From an uncultured Nitrososphaerales archaeon (GTDB taxonomy: Archaea > Thermoproteota > Nitrososphaeria > Nitrososphaerales > Nitrososphaeraceae), in assembly GCA_963709405.1 (NCBI GenBank), contig CAVPXM010000025.1:15735-79734 (forward strand): DNA of 64,000 bases, in the 5' to 3' direction. The position numbers were made by a program, and so were the translations under genes. The notes under the pieces are model-generated. The model was not told the DNA's origin, searched no databases, and saw nothing but the letters and a program-made list of their open reading frames with translations. Below are positions 11,462-22,193 of the stretch, one piece after another (within the stretch, counting starts at the first letter, position 1; each line of letters begins with the position of its first letter).

Positions 11462-12044
11462 TAAGACTGTGATTTGACACTAGGTTTAATTCGCAGTGAT
11501 CTATATAAGCTGTCTTATGATTTACCGGGATTTTGAAACCACGAGCTGTCTCTAACTTCTACTCCATATCTGAATCTTGTATCGCGTGTTAGGTCAATTA
11601 CTCGACATTGGTTAATCATCAAAACCGTAGCTTTACTGACGATGAACTCCTTTATTATTAAAACAGTTTTAATATCCTTTACGAGAACATAGAGATGATT
11701 GACGAATTAAGAAAGCAATTTCTAAAATATAAGCCAGACAAGGTTGAAAGAAGAAATGGTATGTTAATTTTTGATTTAGTTACAAAATATTGTCTATTTT
11801 CTGAAACATTAGGAGCTCTTATAAACGGATTTGAGTCTTCAAATCAACATGCACAATCAATTAAATGGATTGTCTTAGTCTTACTCTTAGTACCCCAGAG
11901 TTTCTAGATAATAATAATAAAAATCAAATCATCATGATAGAGTCCATAACTAAGGCATCTAATCACCAAAAAAAGAGAATAAGAACATCATTTAATCTGT
12001 TCCAATAATTCCTAGGATATCAAACCCATCGGCGTATCACAACC

Positions 12045-12340
12045 TATAGGGCTCTGGTTGACGATGCGTATGGATACGTGAAGGCTAGGACTTGGAGCCA
12101 TGGTACCAGTAGGCGAGTATGTGTTCTCTGTCTACGCAAGAGGCACAGCAGAGTTCGTAGTAGATCTGACACTCGGAGGCAATATACGCAAGTCGTAGAG
12201 GATCAATGCTGTCAATGCATACCAACGAGTGAGCGTCCCATTCACCCATCAGCTTGGTGGGGTTTCCAACCTTACCATTTGGGCACGTCATATACCGGTA
12301 GACGCGACAGTGAACGTTGGATTCCTTCCTGATTGCTAAT
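12045..12340 (+). pseudogene. GC-richer foreign fragment, possibly a beta-sandwich/CBM-like domain
   Basis: MVPVGEYVFSVYARGTAEFVVDLTLGGNIRKS*RINAVNAYQRVSVPFTH; composition differs visibly from the flanks. Confidence 0.3.
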
Positions 12341-12885
12341 TTTGGCTGACAGCAGATTCATGTTGAAGCTAAAGTAAGTATAGGTAACACTTCTCCGAGT
12401 GTCTATTAACTCAGTAATCTTACTGATAACGACGTGTTAGCCACAATTACAGACGTGCAATGTTAAAAAATATTTATCTAATTCTATATCAAACAATCAA
12501 TCTATGAAATTCTTCGGTTCCGAGGTGAGATATGAAGAGATCCGGTTAATGTGTGAAGATATTCGTCGATATTTTAGAGAAGGGGCCCAAGAAAGGTGTA
12601 TGGCTTTACAAATTGCTAATGAAAACATTTTACAATGGCACAACAATATCGTTGACTTCTTTAAGGAATTTGGGAAGCGAAAAATTACCTACGGTGAATT
12701 TCACCACAGAAAACACATTTGTTATATACCATAGACCTACCAGTTCTTGGAGCATTTATACCAAAATGAACTGTATTAAAGCAGCTGATGCACAAATGCT
12801 GATTACATTCTGAACATGTATGGTACTCTTCATTTTTAGTGCATTTGTCACATAATATCATTATTCGCTAGAACACCACTGTGTG

Positions 12886-13065
12886 CTACCTTACTTGTTT
12901 TGCACACATGTCACAGTACTTCTCTATTACAATAACACCTTCGCCGACATCGAATAGTGCTTCCATAGTAGCTATATTGCCACAGGTTATACAAAATCTG
13001 TTCTTGTGCTTGTGGGAATCCTTAACCGTAGGATATGCTCTTAAAGAGGTTAATCTTTTTTCCAA
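12886..13065 (-). CDS. Small zinc-ribbon protein (59 aa, below the ORF-track cutoff)
   Basis: TTG start preceded by GAGGTGA; EKRLTSLRAYPTVKDSHKHKNRFCITCGNIATMEALFDVGEGVIVIEKYCDMCAKQVR*. Confidence 0.75.
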   Translation of the reverse strand: MEKRLTSLRAYPTVKDSHKHKNRFCITCGNIATMEALFDVGEGVIVIEKYCDMCAKQVR

Positions 13066-13794
13066 GGCCTAGTTATCACCTCTTTTATGGCTATTTGATG
13101 AAAGTAGGAACCTTAAACATAATACATTGGATGATTTTACGTCATGACTCTGAACATTTGCCTTGTTTTCCATCTCTTCGTAGAGGCTTAGCCTCTTATG
13201 AACCTAACCTTCAGGAAAATTGATTGCTGAAAAGCAGTGTAAGCATGATTATATCTATAACAGTCTAGTTCTGACTAGACTTATACAATTATCTTTCGTA
13301 GCAATAACGAATCATCAACATAGCGTTATATTTCTGGAAGAATTTGCTATTCTATTATTTTAGGCCATCTCATTCCCAGAAGACAAACGACGTGTCCTAT
13401 AGATAAAATTATTGAGGCATGATGACTTTACAACTCCTAAATGTGAAATCCTTAGCAAGGGTCATTTCTCAAACCAACCTGTAAACCATGCATATCATTA
13501 CTGTTCCAATCTTGGATACTATAAGTAGTCATGCACGGTAATGATGCACTCTCAGATATCAATACAACTAAAATCTACCAAGCATCATAGAAAGTTGAGA
13601 GATCCATAAGATATTGAGTAACATAATCTACAAGTTCACAGAAAAATATGATACCAGCCTATCACTAAAATTGTCCTATATGGTTATTGACCATGGTCTA
13701 ATTAGATGATTACAAATCATGCAACTATATGTAGATAAGCTTAGTGTTCATCCTTCCCGGTTCTCGGCTCTAGGCAAAACGGAGGAATGAGATT

Positions 13795-13960
13795 GAATGA
13801 GAGGTTGACTAAGTGGGCGGAGCAGCCGCTTGCTATCGATTGTCGCCGCTGCGCCGGCGCTTGGCGGCTCCGTCACGCGTCCGGGTGACACAGTTGGCGC
13901 TGCGGTGGGAATGCCGCTCCCTCGAGGCTTCTATTTGCAGAATCAACTGATCGAGGATTA
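13795..13960 (+). pseudogene. High-GC bacterial-like fragment resembling the N-terminus of MetA-pathway/phenol-degradation outer-membrane transporter proteins
   Basis: AAAPALGGSVTRPGDTVGAAVGMPLPRGFY with GC-rich codons, unlike the flanks. Confidence 0.45.
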
Positions 13961-14255
13961 CTACCCAGTCTCCTACTACATACAAACTGTCTGCAATCTT
14001 TGGGTCGGGCCTTCCAGCTAATCCGCCTCCTGCGGCAGGAACAAGAGCATTAGACACTACCATGTTGGGCAATGGCGTTTTCTTAACAAACACCTGTCTC
14101 CATCCTGGCTGCAGTAAATCAAGGATCTCCTCTAACTCCGGCTGGCCTTCTCTTGGCTTAGGTTCAATTGAAGTACCAAGATATTTTGCGACATGGATTA
14201 CTGCCCCACCCTCTGGAGCAAGCTTTGCATGTGCAGAATGAACTGAAAAATTCCT
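13960..14255 (-). pseudogene. C-terminal fragment of an FAD-dependent oxidoreductase (phytoene-dehydrogenase-like)
   Basis: FSVHSAHAKLAPEGGAVIHVAKYL..ELEEILDLLQPGWRQ..LPNMVVSNAL..GRPDP..LYVVGDWV. Confidence 0.75.
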
Positions 14256-14333
14256 CCAATAATTTTCCGTTAGGTAAACGCATACACTTTCACGCTCAGA
14301 ACTTTGTTACTCTCTAACTATTACCAACCGGCA

Positions 14334-14354
14334 TGGAGGGAATGGGATTTGAAC
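14334..14354 (-). other. tRNA 3'-end remnant (T-loop and acceptor strand), possible att scar
   Basis: Reverse complement GTTCAAATCCCATTCCCTCCA; no 5' tRNA half adjacent. Confidence 0.5.
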
Positions 14355-14492
14355 ACGGGAGGGCAGGTCAGGGAAAGGGGCGGTAATAGACTGATAGATT
14401 ATGACTATACCCGTCGTTACGCCTTCTCTACTAGATGTCCGACCACACCTGACCCACCACAGGTTTTAATATTAATTACTTTCGTATATATT

Positions 14493-15434
14493 ATGAAAGC
14501 CGGAATATTCTTACCGCAATCTGGAGACTCTGCGACAAGAGATAACGTTCTCTATATTGCAAAGGAGGCTGAAAGGGAAGGCTTTAATTCTGTTTGGGTA
14601 ATGGAGCGACTTTTGTGGCCAGTCAAGCCCCAGTCACCATATCCTGGAACACCTGACGGTTCTCTTCCGGTTGAATACCAAAATGTACTTGACCCACTGG
14701 AGACGCTTACCTACTTGGCAGGCAATACCAATCAAATTTCTTTAGGAACTTGTATAATTGATATGCTGTTTCATAATCCAGTAGTATTGGCAAGGCGACT
14801 TGCAACACTCGACATCCTGTCGCAGGGAAGGGCTATTGCAGGTCTAGGAATTGGATGGTCAAAAGATGAGTATGAAGCTTCAGGTATACCTTACGAATAC
14901 AGAGGAGAAAGGGCAAATGAATATTTGCAAGTGCTAAAACGAGTTTGGACTGATGAGGTAGTCGAATTTAAAGGTCACTTCTACTCGATACCAGCTTCAA
15001 AAATTGGGCCTAAGCCTGTGCAGAAGCCTCATCCCCCAATACTGCTTGGTGGATTCAGTCCAAAGACATTCTTACGAATAATAAACTATGCAGATGGTTG
15101 GATAACTATTGCCGGATTTGGACCATTGAAACAACTTGAGCAGGCTATAAACAGCTTAAAAGAAGGTGCAAGAAAAGCCGACAAAGACCCTTCAAAGATT
15201 CGTGTAGTTATGTTGACGTATCCAAATGTGCTAGACTCCTCCTCCTCAAATTCCTCCTCAGAGCGACAGAGATTGCCCATGACCGGTACCACTGACCAAA
15301 TTGGAACTGACATTGATCAAATCAAAGCGATGGGCGTAGAGCATATAATATTCGGTTATTTCTTATCTCCAATAGGCAAGGATATGAAGAAGATGATCGA
15401 GATAACGAAACAGCTTGCTAAATTTGCTAAATAA
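14493..15434 (+). CDS. LLM-class (probably F420-dependent) oxidoreductase
   Basis: MKAGIFLPQ..AEREGFNSVWVMERL..LDPLETL..LARRLATLDILSQGRAIAGLGIGWSKDEY..PKPVQKPHPPILLGG; ATG 14493 preferred over 14304. Confidence 0.93.
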   Translation: MKAGIFLPQSGDSATRDNVLYIAKEAEREGFNSVWVMERLLWPVKPQSPYPGTPDGSLPVEYQNVLDPLETLTYLAGNTNQISLGTCIIDMLFHNPVVLARRLATLDILSQGRAIAGLGIGWSKDEYEASGIPYEYRGERANEYLQVLKRVWTDEVVEFKGHFYSIPASKIGPKPVQKPHPPILLGGFSPKTFLRIINYADGWITIAGFGPLKQLEQAINSLKEGARKADKDPSKIRVVMLTYPNVLDSSSSNSSSERQRLPMTGTTDQIGTDIDQIKAMGVEHIIFGYFLSPIGKDMKKMIEITKQLAKFAK

Positions 15435-15654
15435 AAAATGGAGGCTACTATAGTAAATTTATGAAAGGCTCTCGTGATTGCTACGTCCTCGGTTTTTGTG
15501 AAACTATATCTGTTTTTTGAGATCTCCATTTTCCAATGTTATCCTATTTATCGTATTGCATTTCTCACACTTGGCACCAAAGTCAGTTATATTCCAAAAA
15601 GCGTAGAAAGTAAGATAATTTAATTCACCGTATTTCTTACATGAATTATACTGC

Positions 15655-15880
15655 TTCCAATGCAATTCTTTGAGTACAAAATTTCAACTCTCTTCTTTCT
15701 CACCCTTATATATACCCAGCATATTATTCAAAAAAGATAATTTCCCAGTAGAATTTATGCTATATGCTGGTGCCCCTTGATAGTCTGTAAAATTTCCTAC
15801 AGCTATGGAAGTATAGTTTGCCGTCTCACTCCCATCCTTGGTCATGCTTAGATGCAGCATGCCATTTGGTTGTGTTATCT
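15655..15880 (-). pseudogene. Fragment of a secreted hypothetical protein family
   Basis: MTKDGSETANYTSIAVGNFTDYQGAPAYSINSTGKLSFLNNMLGIYKGE..*NFVLKELHWK. Confidence 0.5.
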
Positions 15881-16178
15881 ACCTGTCTCCAGTATTCAAG
15901 TATTCTATGATCTATATTGTAGTAATAGTTGGTAGCTGCCGATAGGTCCTCGTGTCAATCTGAAGCTATTCTTGTTTTTTAAGTTCTCCGTTCTTGAGGG
16001 TTATCCTAGTTGTCCGGTGTTATAGCATGTAGTTATTTCTAATGCATGAGTGCTTAATATTCGACCACATTATATAGATATGAAAACAATCGCATGTCCC
16101 AAGAAAATGGTAACGTCAATATCCTGGCCAAAGAAATCAATTATGGAAGACTTTGGAAATGTACTAAGGGATGAAAAT

Positions 16179-16315
16179 TCATGAATGAAGTTTTGATTTG
16201 ATCTCGTTTACGAGTTGTTCAGTATTTATTGGCTTCCTAATAAACCAATCAACATTTAAACCAGGATACTCCTTCTTTAGAGTATCGTAATGTACTCCGT
16301 ATGGGGCTATAATAT
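16179..16315 (-). pseudogene. Response-regulator receiver C-terminal remnant
   Basis: YDTLKKEYPGLNVDWFIRKPINTEQLVNEIKSKL; similar to the end of 55384-55911. Confidence 0.6.
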
Positions 16316-16960
16316 CCTAAATTTAGTATTAAGGTAATGACTATGAAAGATCTTGGATACGATGAAATGAGTAATCGCTTGTATGTAAAGAATATACTTG
16401 ATGATTCTAAGCTTAACCCCCTTGGAGCCCATAATTCTGTTAGGAATGGTTAACCGTCCAGGGCATTTATCTTGTCCCACAACGAAAATAGGTACTGGCT
16501 CTGGTGCGAAACTGTAGGTTCACGACTATTAAACAATGAATGAATGTTAGTTATATATCCGCAGATCATCGGCCTTTGCTAGAGGAAGAATTAGAACCTG
16601 TATCTCTGCTAAATGGAGTGACATTACCGGAAGCTGGATTAACATAGTGATGTGAAATATCAGAATGAGCTTCAAGCCAAGAATAAAGATCTGCTATGAC
16701 GTATGGTTGTATTGGTCCAAAAGACGTCTGCCATTCAGAGAAAGGTTAGAATACATGACCATTACTACTGTTGTTATAGAAAGACAAATTACATTAGCTT
16801 AAAGATTAGGATGATGAAGAACAATGCAGAACAATGCGCTACCTCGTGGTTATGGTTGTTACCAAAGTAGTCTACATGCAGTGTTTTGATTTCCAATTTG
16901 CAGTATATAATTCTTGGAGAGACTTACTGTGAATATCGATGGAGCGGTAGAAGTAACAGC

Positions 16961-17069
16961 TTACTTGACTATTAATATTGGGCGTTTAATCTGGGTTGCT
17001 ACATGAGAAGCAGTTGAGCCATACAATCGCTGCCTTAATTTTGATTTTTCCTCTTCACCTATGACAATT
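16961..17069 (-). pseudogene. Universal stress protein C-terminal remnant, cut by IS6
   Basis: IVIGEEEKSKLRQRLYGSTASHVATQIKRPILIVK*. Confidence 0.7.
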
Positions 17070-17070
17070 A

Positions 17071-17314
17071 GGCTCTGTAAAGTTAAGGAAAAAGCTATAG
17101 GTTTCTTTCTCGTTTTCTATATGTGATATATCAGATAAGAAAGAGAACTGACGTTAAAGACATAGTATATGCGTTGCATCTTTATTTTAATGGTCTTTCG
17201 TTAAGAAATACTTCTAAGGCCTTGTCCACATTTGTTACAAGAAGCCACACTGCTATAAGGGATTGGATCCAAAAGTATAATCCTCAGAGGTTGTATTATA
17301 GTAACGGTCGATAA
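17071..17314 (+). mobile_element. Truncated IS6-family element (left end and N-terminal HTH)
   Basis: GGCTCTGTAAAGTTAAG end; YALHLYFNGLSLRNTSKAL..RSHTAIRDWIQKY. Confidence 0.75.
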
Positions 17315-17325
17315 TATCCTATACA

Positions 17326-18426
17326 CTAAAGGAAAGACAAACGCTTTTCGTAATTACAAATTACAAAGACAAATGCTTGTTGGACTGGAGTCTGAGAATC
17401 ATTTTCTCCATTGAGCAGTAGGATACCTGTAGATTTAGAGACATTACCAATGATGCTCAAATTTGGTGTCATACTATCTAGCGATCTCCACAATATAGGA
17501 CATATTTCAAGAGTGTTACAGTTGAGGGATTTGAAGGATGTAATGTTCTCATATCCCTTTATCAGCAAAGGTTTAAGTTGTTTATCAATACTTATGTAAC
17601 CATTAGTACCAAAAACCTTTCCTAGGATGGTGGTTACGGCTTTAGTATTATTGGTATGCAAGAACAAATGTGGCAATGGCAAGAGCTTCAAAAACAAAGG
17701 ATCGTTTGCCATTTGTTGTACTGATACCAAGCCAGTGTGATTTTTATCCAATACTTGTTTAGCGTACTGTGAGGGCAAGTATACGACTTGATAGTATTCA
17801 GCTACTTTTAAAGGGTTCTGGGCTAACGTGGCCATAAGTATAATGTTCTTTACCCTTGTCGAATTGTCTATTGCCACTCTAGGTGCATAAAGTGTACCTT
17901 CGCTATGACCAATTATACTTATCCTCTTAGGATCTACCTCAGGTTGTTGTATAAGAACAGTCAACGCTTTCTTACTGTCTTGAATCAGATCATTGGCTGT
18001 GGTATTTCCCCATACATTTGGATTCGAGATAGTATAGTTTGCACCAACACCTCTCTTATCATATCTAAGAACAACAAAGCCTCTTTCTGATAGATATTGA
18101 GCTATCTGCCAAAACGGCGTAGGAGGTTTGGGACCATTCTTGTGAACAAATCCTAATGTTTCATTCTTATCGGTAGCACCAGACCCGTGGATAAGTAATA
18201 CTCCTGGGAATGGGCCTTTTCCAATAGCAGGATAAGTCAGCTGAGCATTAGTCTTGACTCCATTACCTAAGTCTATTACTAGATTTCTATATTTTACGGT
18301 CTGGATATATGGTTGCGCTAGTGCAGTTTGTTGTTCGTTAGAAATAGTAGCAGCTAAACAAGATAATACAAGTATGGCTATCAATAATAATCCCAGAGGG
18401 AGCGTCATACTTTTTGCTCTATTCAA
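17326..18426 (-). CDS. Secreted alpha/beta hydrolase (DUF3887/S9-like), probably C-terminally truncated
   Basis: Signal peptide; GVLLIHGSG, LRYDKRG, GHSEG, GENDSQTP; the expected catalytic His region is missing. Confidence 0.85.
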   Translation of the reverse strand: MNRAKSMTLPLGLLLIAILVLSCLAATISNEQQTALAQPYIQTVKYRNLVIDLGNGVKTNAQLTYPAIGKGPFPGVLLIHGSGATDKNETLGFVHKNGPKPPTPFWQIAQYLSERGFVVLRYDKRGVGANYTISNPNVWGNTTANDLIQDSKKALTVLIQQPEVDPKRISIIGHSEGTLYAPRVAIDNSTRVKNIILMATLAQNPLKVAEYYQVVYLPSQYAKQVLDKNHTGLVSVQQMANDPLFLKLLPLPHLFLHTNNTKAVTTILGKVFGTNGYISIDKQLKPLLIKGYENITSFKSLNCNTLEICPILWRSLDSMTPNLSIIGNVSKSTGILLLNGENDSQTPVQQAFVFVICNYEKRLSFL

Positions 18427-18500
18427 CTTGCGATACTAGTAATCTGATCCTTTGTATTTGAGGTTTTATGGATAAACGCCAAACAGAGGGTTAGTTAGTC

Positions 18501-18609
18501 TGGATTCATTCTAAATACGTCATGGGGCAAATACTTACGTTTCTTTCTGACTTGCTGAACATATTGCAAGAGATTCTTCATCGGTAGGTTCTTTTGAAAA
18601 ATGTCATCG
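18501..18609. repeat. About 110-bp duplication, second copy at 39228-39336
   Basis: TGGATTCATT..AATACGTCATGGGG..CAAATACTTACG..TTGCAAGAGATTCTTCATCGG..AAAAATGTCATCG in both. Confidence 0.85.
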
Positions 18610-18646
18610 TGTATTAATGAATTCTTATCTATAATATGCGGCACTT

Positions 18647-18772
18647 GGCGCGCTTCATGCTAGATATGAGCACATAAATTTTTTATCACGATACTGAGAC
18701 ACTAGTCTATACATCGGGCGCAGCATTTTCGATAATATCTATAATGTGACACGCCGCATACCGTATTAGAAG
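18647..18772 (+). repeat. Dispersed hairpin repeat, copy A
   Basis: GGCGCGCTTCATGCTAGATATG..TTTATCAC..GTCTATACAT..CGTATTAGAAG; homologous to 39346-39476, 44845-44969 (rc) and 45567-45600 (rc). Confidence 0.6.
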
Positions 18773-18844
18773 ACACCTTTTTCGACATTATTCCGGAACT
18801 GATAAAATATCCAATATAATATGATTTGAGTTATGAGTAGAGTC

Positions 18845-19150
18845 CTATGATTTAGTCAACACATTGTACAAGTATGCCTTTTCTGTCTTTAACTTTTCTA
18901 GACTTATCGGTAGAAATGCATACCTTTTTGCAGAAGTAATGTTATATTTGATCACGTAATTGGGACTGAAATCTAGTCTCCTTAAATCTCGACATCTATC
19001 AAGCCAATTTCTGATTGTGCCGTAAGCCTCATCACAGAACACTTTCTAATATTAACAAGATATGGGACCAAGATGCGCCATACAGTAAATTTCCTATAAT
19101 CATATTTATCGGAGTTTGTAATAGACTTCTCAATCCACCACCTCGTCGTC
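18845..19150 (-). pseudogene. PriX-like primase accessory domain remnant
   Basis: WIEK..DYRKFTVWRILVPYLVNIRKC/DEAYGTIRNWLDRC..RLDF..IKYNI..LPISLEKLKTE over two frames. Confidence 0.7.
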
Positions 19151-19426
19151 GTTGATAATATAGTGATGCAACAGTCTACTTGAATCAATAATATTCTAAT
19201 TGATATTGAACCCTAAAAACTCCTTTAATTTTTCTTTATCTTCTACAATCTCATCAATTGGATAACCTTCTTGTTTCGCAACTTCATAAATTCTATCAAA
19301 CATATCTATAATTGCCTTCGCCATTTCTGCTAAATTATCTATCTTTTGTAGAAGGTCTCCTGATACTCGTAGCGACAACTCGTTAGCCCTGTTCTAACCT
19401 TCTAGTCGGTCTTCATCATAGACTTT

Positions 19427-20174
19427 ATGCATACTGACTTCAAAGAATACCTTCTTGCAGAGTCCTATCTTGAAAGTATAATCAAAGATAAGCCATACAG
19501 ACTAAATGTGGGTGTTCCAAGTAAAGAAACGATATCATTCCTTGACGGACTGCTTCAGTTTATTGCTAAGGGGGAAGACTCGTATTTCAAACGATATGCG
19601 GACAGGCTGCTAGAATCTTTTAACGACACAGAATTTGATTATGAAAAAAAATGCCAATCAAAGCCCTCTTTAGCTGTAGACGTTATAAGAGAAAAGTCAA
19701 AAATGTATATCCAGGATGAACATATCATATTTCAAATTGTGGATGATTCAGCAAGAGAAATATGGCGTATTGCACAAATACAAACTAATCAGTATCAAAA
19801 CCTTTGGATTCATAGATGGATATCTTTATTTGTTTTAAGCAGGATAGGATTTTTGCAATTCGAAGAGAATCTTCAAGGAAAAAGTTAGTACACTCATAAG
19901 ATATTCTAGTAGTCTAATACCTTTTTATTTTAAGAATCTGGAGAGAATTGACCTTTCAGGAACTGACCTTAGAAATGCCGATTTGGAAAAGTCAAACTTG
20001 TACGAATCTAGCCTATCTGATTCTAACTTGGAAAACGCTAATCTAGCCGGCGCTGACTTACGAAAGGCTAATCTTTCAGGATCTAATCTTTCAGGAGCCG
20101 ACTTAAGAGATGCTAAGTATGCCGATACCAATTTTATAAATGCTAACTATAGAGGTACGATAGGATTGGAGTAA
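19427..20174 (+). pseudogene. Pentapeptide-repeat protein, split
   Basis: C-terminal (A/S)(D/N)Lxx repeats LSGTDLRNADLEKSNLYESSLSDSNLENANLAGADLRKANLSGSNL; N-terminal ORF 19427-19888. Confidence 0.7.
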
Positions 20175-20743
20175 TTTAGTGAAATGTTGTAAACCCAAAT
20201 AATTAAGAAACCGGTCGTACCACTTCATGTATAATTGCAATCATCAAAATAAACCACAAATAAAAAAATGGAGTTCGAATGATTTCTTTATAGTCCAAGG
20301 CATGATATTCCCAGACGATTCATGTTCTCAACTATAACTCATGACGCATGATCTTTGAAAGGACCGGTTAAGAATAAACTGAAAACATGACTAATCATCA
20401 TTTTTTTGCAATTATTCGACAGCTGTAAAAATGGATTCGATAACTATGGACAACCCATCACTGCTTTGAGGTCAACGGTTGAAAATGGTGAAGGCTGTTG
20501 TTGGGGAAGTTATTGCAGAGGCTGCAATGGAATTTGTTGAGGCACAGGTGAAAGCCGAACAGCAATTAAAATATCCTAAACCTGGAGAAAAGGGCCTAAA
20601 GCCAATTGATGGTTATGACGAAATCGCTAGTAACGACTTAAGCGACTTAAGAAAAGAAACAATTTTTTCCTTTCTCGTTTCATGCTTACCATTTTTTGAT
20701 GTAGGTGTTTCTATAAGATAGTCATATGGTGTGGTTCTTCTGT

Positions 20744-21172
20744 TTACCCCTTTAGTTCACGACCTAATTTAATGGACTCTCTTACACTATCTACTTGTAT
20801 ATCATCACTTCCTGTTATCAACCTTGAAAGTGTAGGATGAGCTTCTTTTCCTAAGGTTATTGCTTCTTTTCCCTTTCTGAGAAATGACAGTGTCAATCCA
20901 TTATCAGCAAGTTTATGGGAAAATTCTTTTGCTGTTTTTAATTTATCAAATAATCCAGTCCTATCTTTCCTCTCCGATTCTGCTACTTGGATAACATCCG
21001 GATGAATAAAATCGATATTTATCTTTTCTCGTTCTTTATTAACTTCAATCCTGAGTGCGGAATGCCCTTCCATATCAATATCAATTGCACCACCTTTTAC
21101 TGTTCTAAGCGATTTAACAAGCAAATCTGGTATTATTTGTTGACTCCAGTTATCATTACCATTATCTGCCAT
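20744..21172 (-). CDS. Hypothetical protein
   Basis: Intact 142-aa ORF, ATG start, same strand as 21294-21533. Confidence 0.65.
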   Translation of the reverse strand: MADNGNDNWSQQIIPDLLVKSLRTVKGGAIDIDMEGHSALRIEVNKEREKINIDFIHPDVIQVAESERKDRTGLFDKLKTAKEFSHKLADNGLTLSFLRKGKEAITLGKEAHPTLSRLITGSDDIQVDSVRESIKLGRELKG

Positions 21173-21293
21173 GGCCTATCTATCTCTATACTATCTATAT
21201 CATTAATACTATTGCGCTTCTCTAATCGCTCATCTTCATAAAAATCTCTGTCGTAATAATTATTCTGATAGAATTCCCATTCTTGCTTTTTTA

Positions 21294-21533
21294 TCATTCT
21301 TTGTTAGATTCTGTAGTTGTCCATAGTATCTTTCCATTAACTACACACTTGGCACTACCTAGATCCGTGCCATCGGGACCCTTTAGTCTCGGGACATCAA
21401 TTTCGAGATCATCAAACCTAATTGTAGTAGACATATTCGTACCTACTAGTTTGTCTACAATTTCAGCCATTATTTCAACCCATTGACTTGGAGCATTCTT
21501 ATGATTTAGGTTGGTATTAATACTATTTCTCAT
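21294..21533 (-). CDS. Hypothetical protein
   Basis: 79-aa ORF with protein-like composition (QWVEIMAEIVDKLVGTNMS..FDDLEIDVP). Confidence 0.6.
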   Translation of the reverse strand: MRNSINTNLNHKNAPSQWVEIMAEIVDKLVGTNMSTTIRFDDLEIDVPRLKGPDGTDLGSAKCVVNGKILWTTTESNKE

Positions 21534-22149
21534 GTCTCTTCCTATTATAGACAGGATGACATATTATTCTTATATCTGAAAAATGAATTCCTTACTGAAC
21601 TAGCATTTATTAATGTCCCTCCAATCTCTTTAAAGCAGAAAGCAATCAATTCTGATGCTCTGTTGCATAATCTTGACCACGTCTTATCACTAGTGATTGA
21701 TTATAGGAAAACGAGTCAATTACACTATACAGTTAATATTGGCAAGCTAAAATGCGAAGTGATCAAACAATTATCACATGCAACATAGTGAATTATTCAA
21801 CAAATCAAACATTACTTTACTTGCTGCTATATCTATTATTGGACTATAACTGCAAGCAAGCAATAGCATGTTGACCTACCAATCTATGAGCCAAGTGACA
21901 TGATTATTTAGATGGGAAATGATGTTTGAACATGGTAACTAATAAGATAGTCAATTAGGTAAGCGCAGGCTTACACGTTTACATATCTAGGCATTATCAC
22001 TCTCAAATTAAGCGGGCACAGATTAAGCCAATCTAAACTAGTTGCAATTACACAATTATAGAGCATTTGATCCATGAGATATTCTTATTCGCCTATAATC
22101 TGAATTATGATGTTGTTGTTGATCTCAAAATGCTGGTGAATATATGATC

Positions 22150-22193
22150 ATATAACTATATGGCCATATAGTTATATAGTTTATAACTATATG
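22150..22193. repeat. Perfect 28-bp palindrome plus a third direct copy of its unit
   Basis: ATATAACTATATGG|CCATATAGTTATAT (22150-22177); TATAACTATATG again at 22182-22193. Confidence 0.85.

Larger units (their letters stand above)
9483..11480 (-). pseudogene. Secreted alpha/beta hydrolase with IS5 inserted in its 7th codon; body 9483-10478 still open
   Basis: GYSLG nucleophile, GTDD, AGHA; removing the IS restores GTG(11480) SNHSLIQKDHLILIAAASMLII in frame. Confidence 0.85.

Noticed and set aside
14304-14492. N-terminal extension of the LLM ORF
   Set aside because: Family similarity starts at MKAGIFLPQ (14493); the upstream part is a tRNA scar and structured DNA
16265-16286. GATACTC..GAGTATC inverted repeat as another operator
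   Set aside because: Spacing differs from 8-5-8 and it lies inside a receiver-domain remnant
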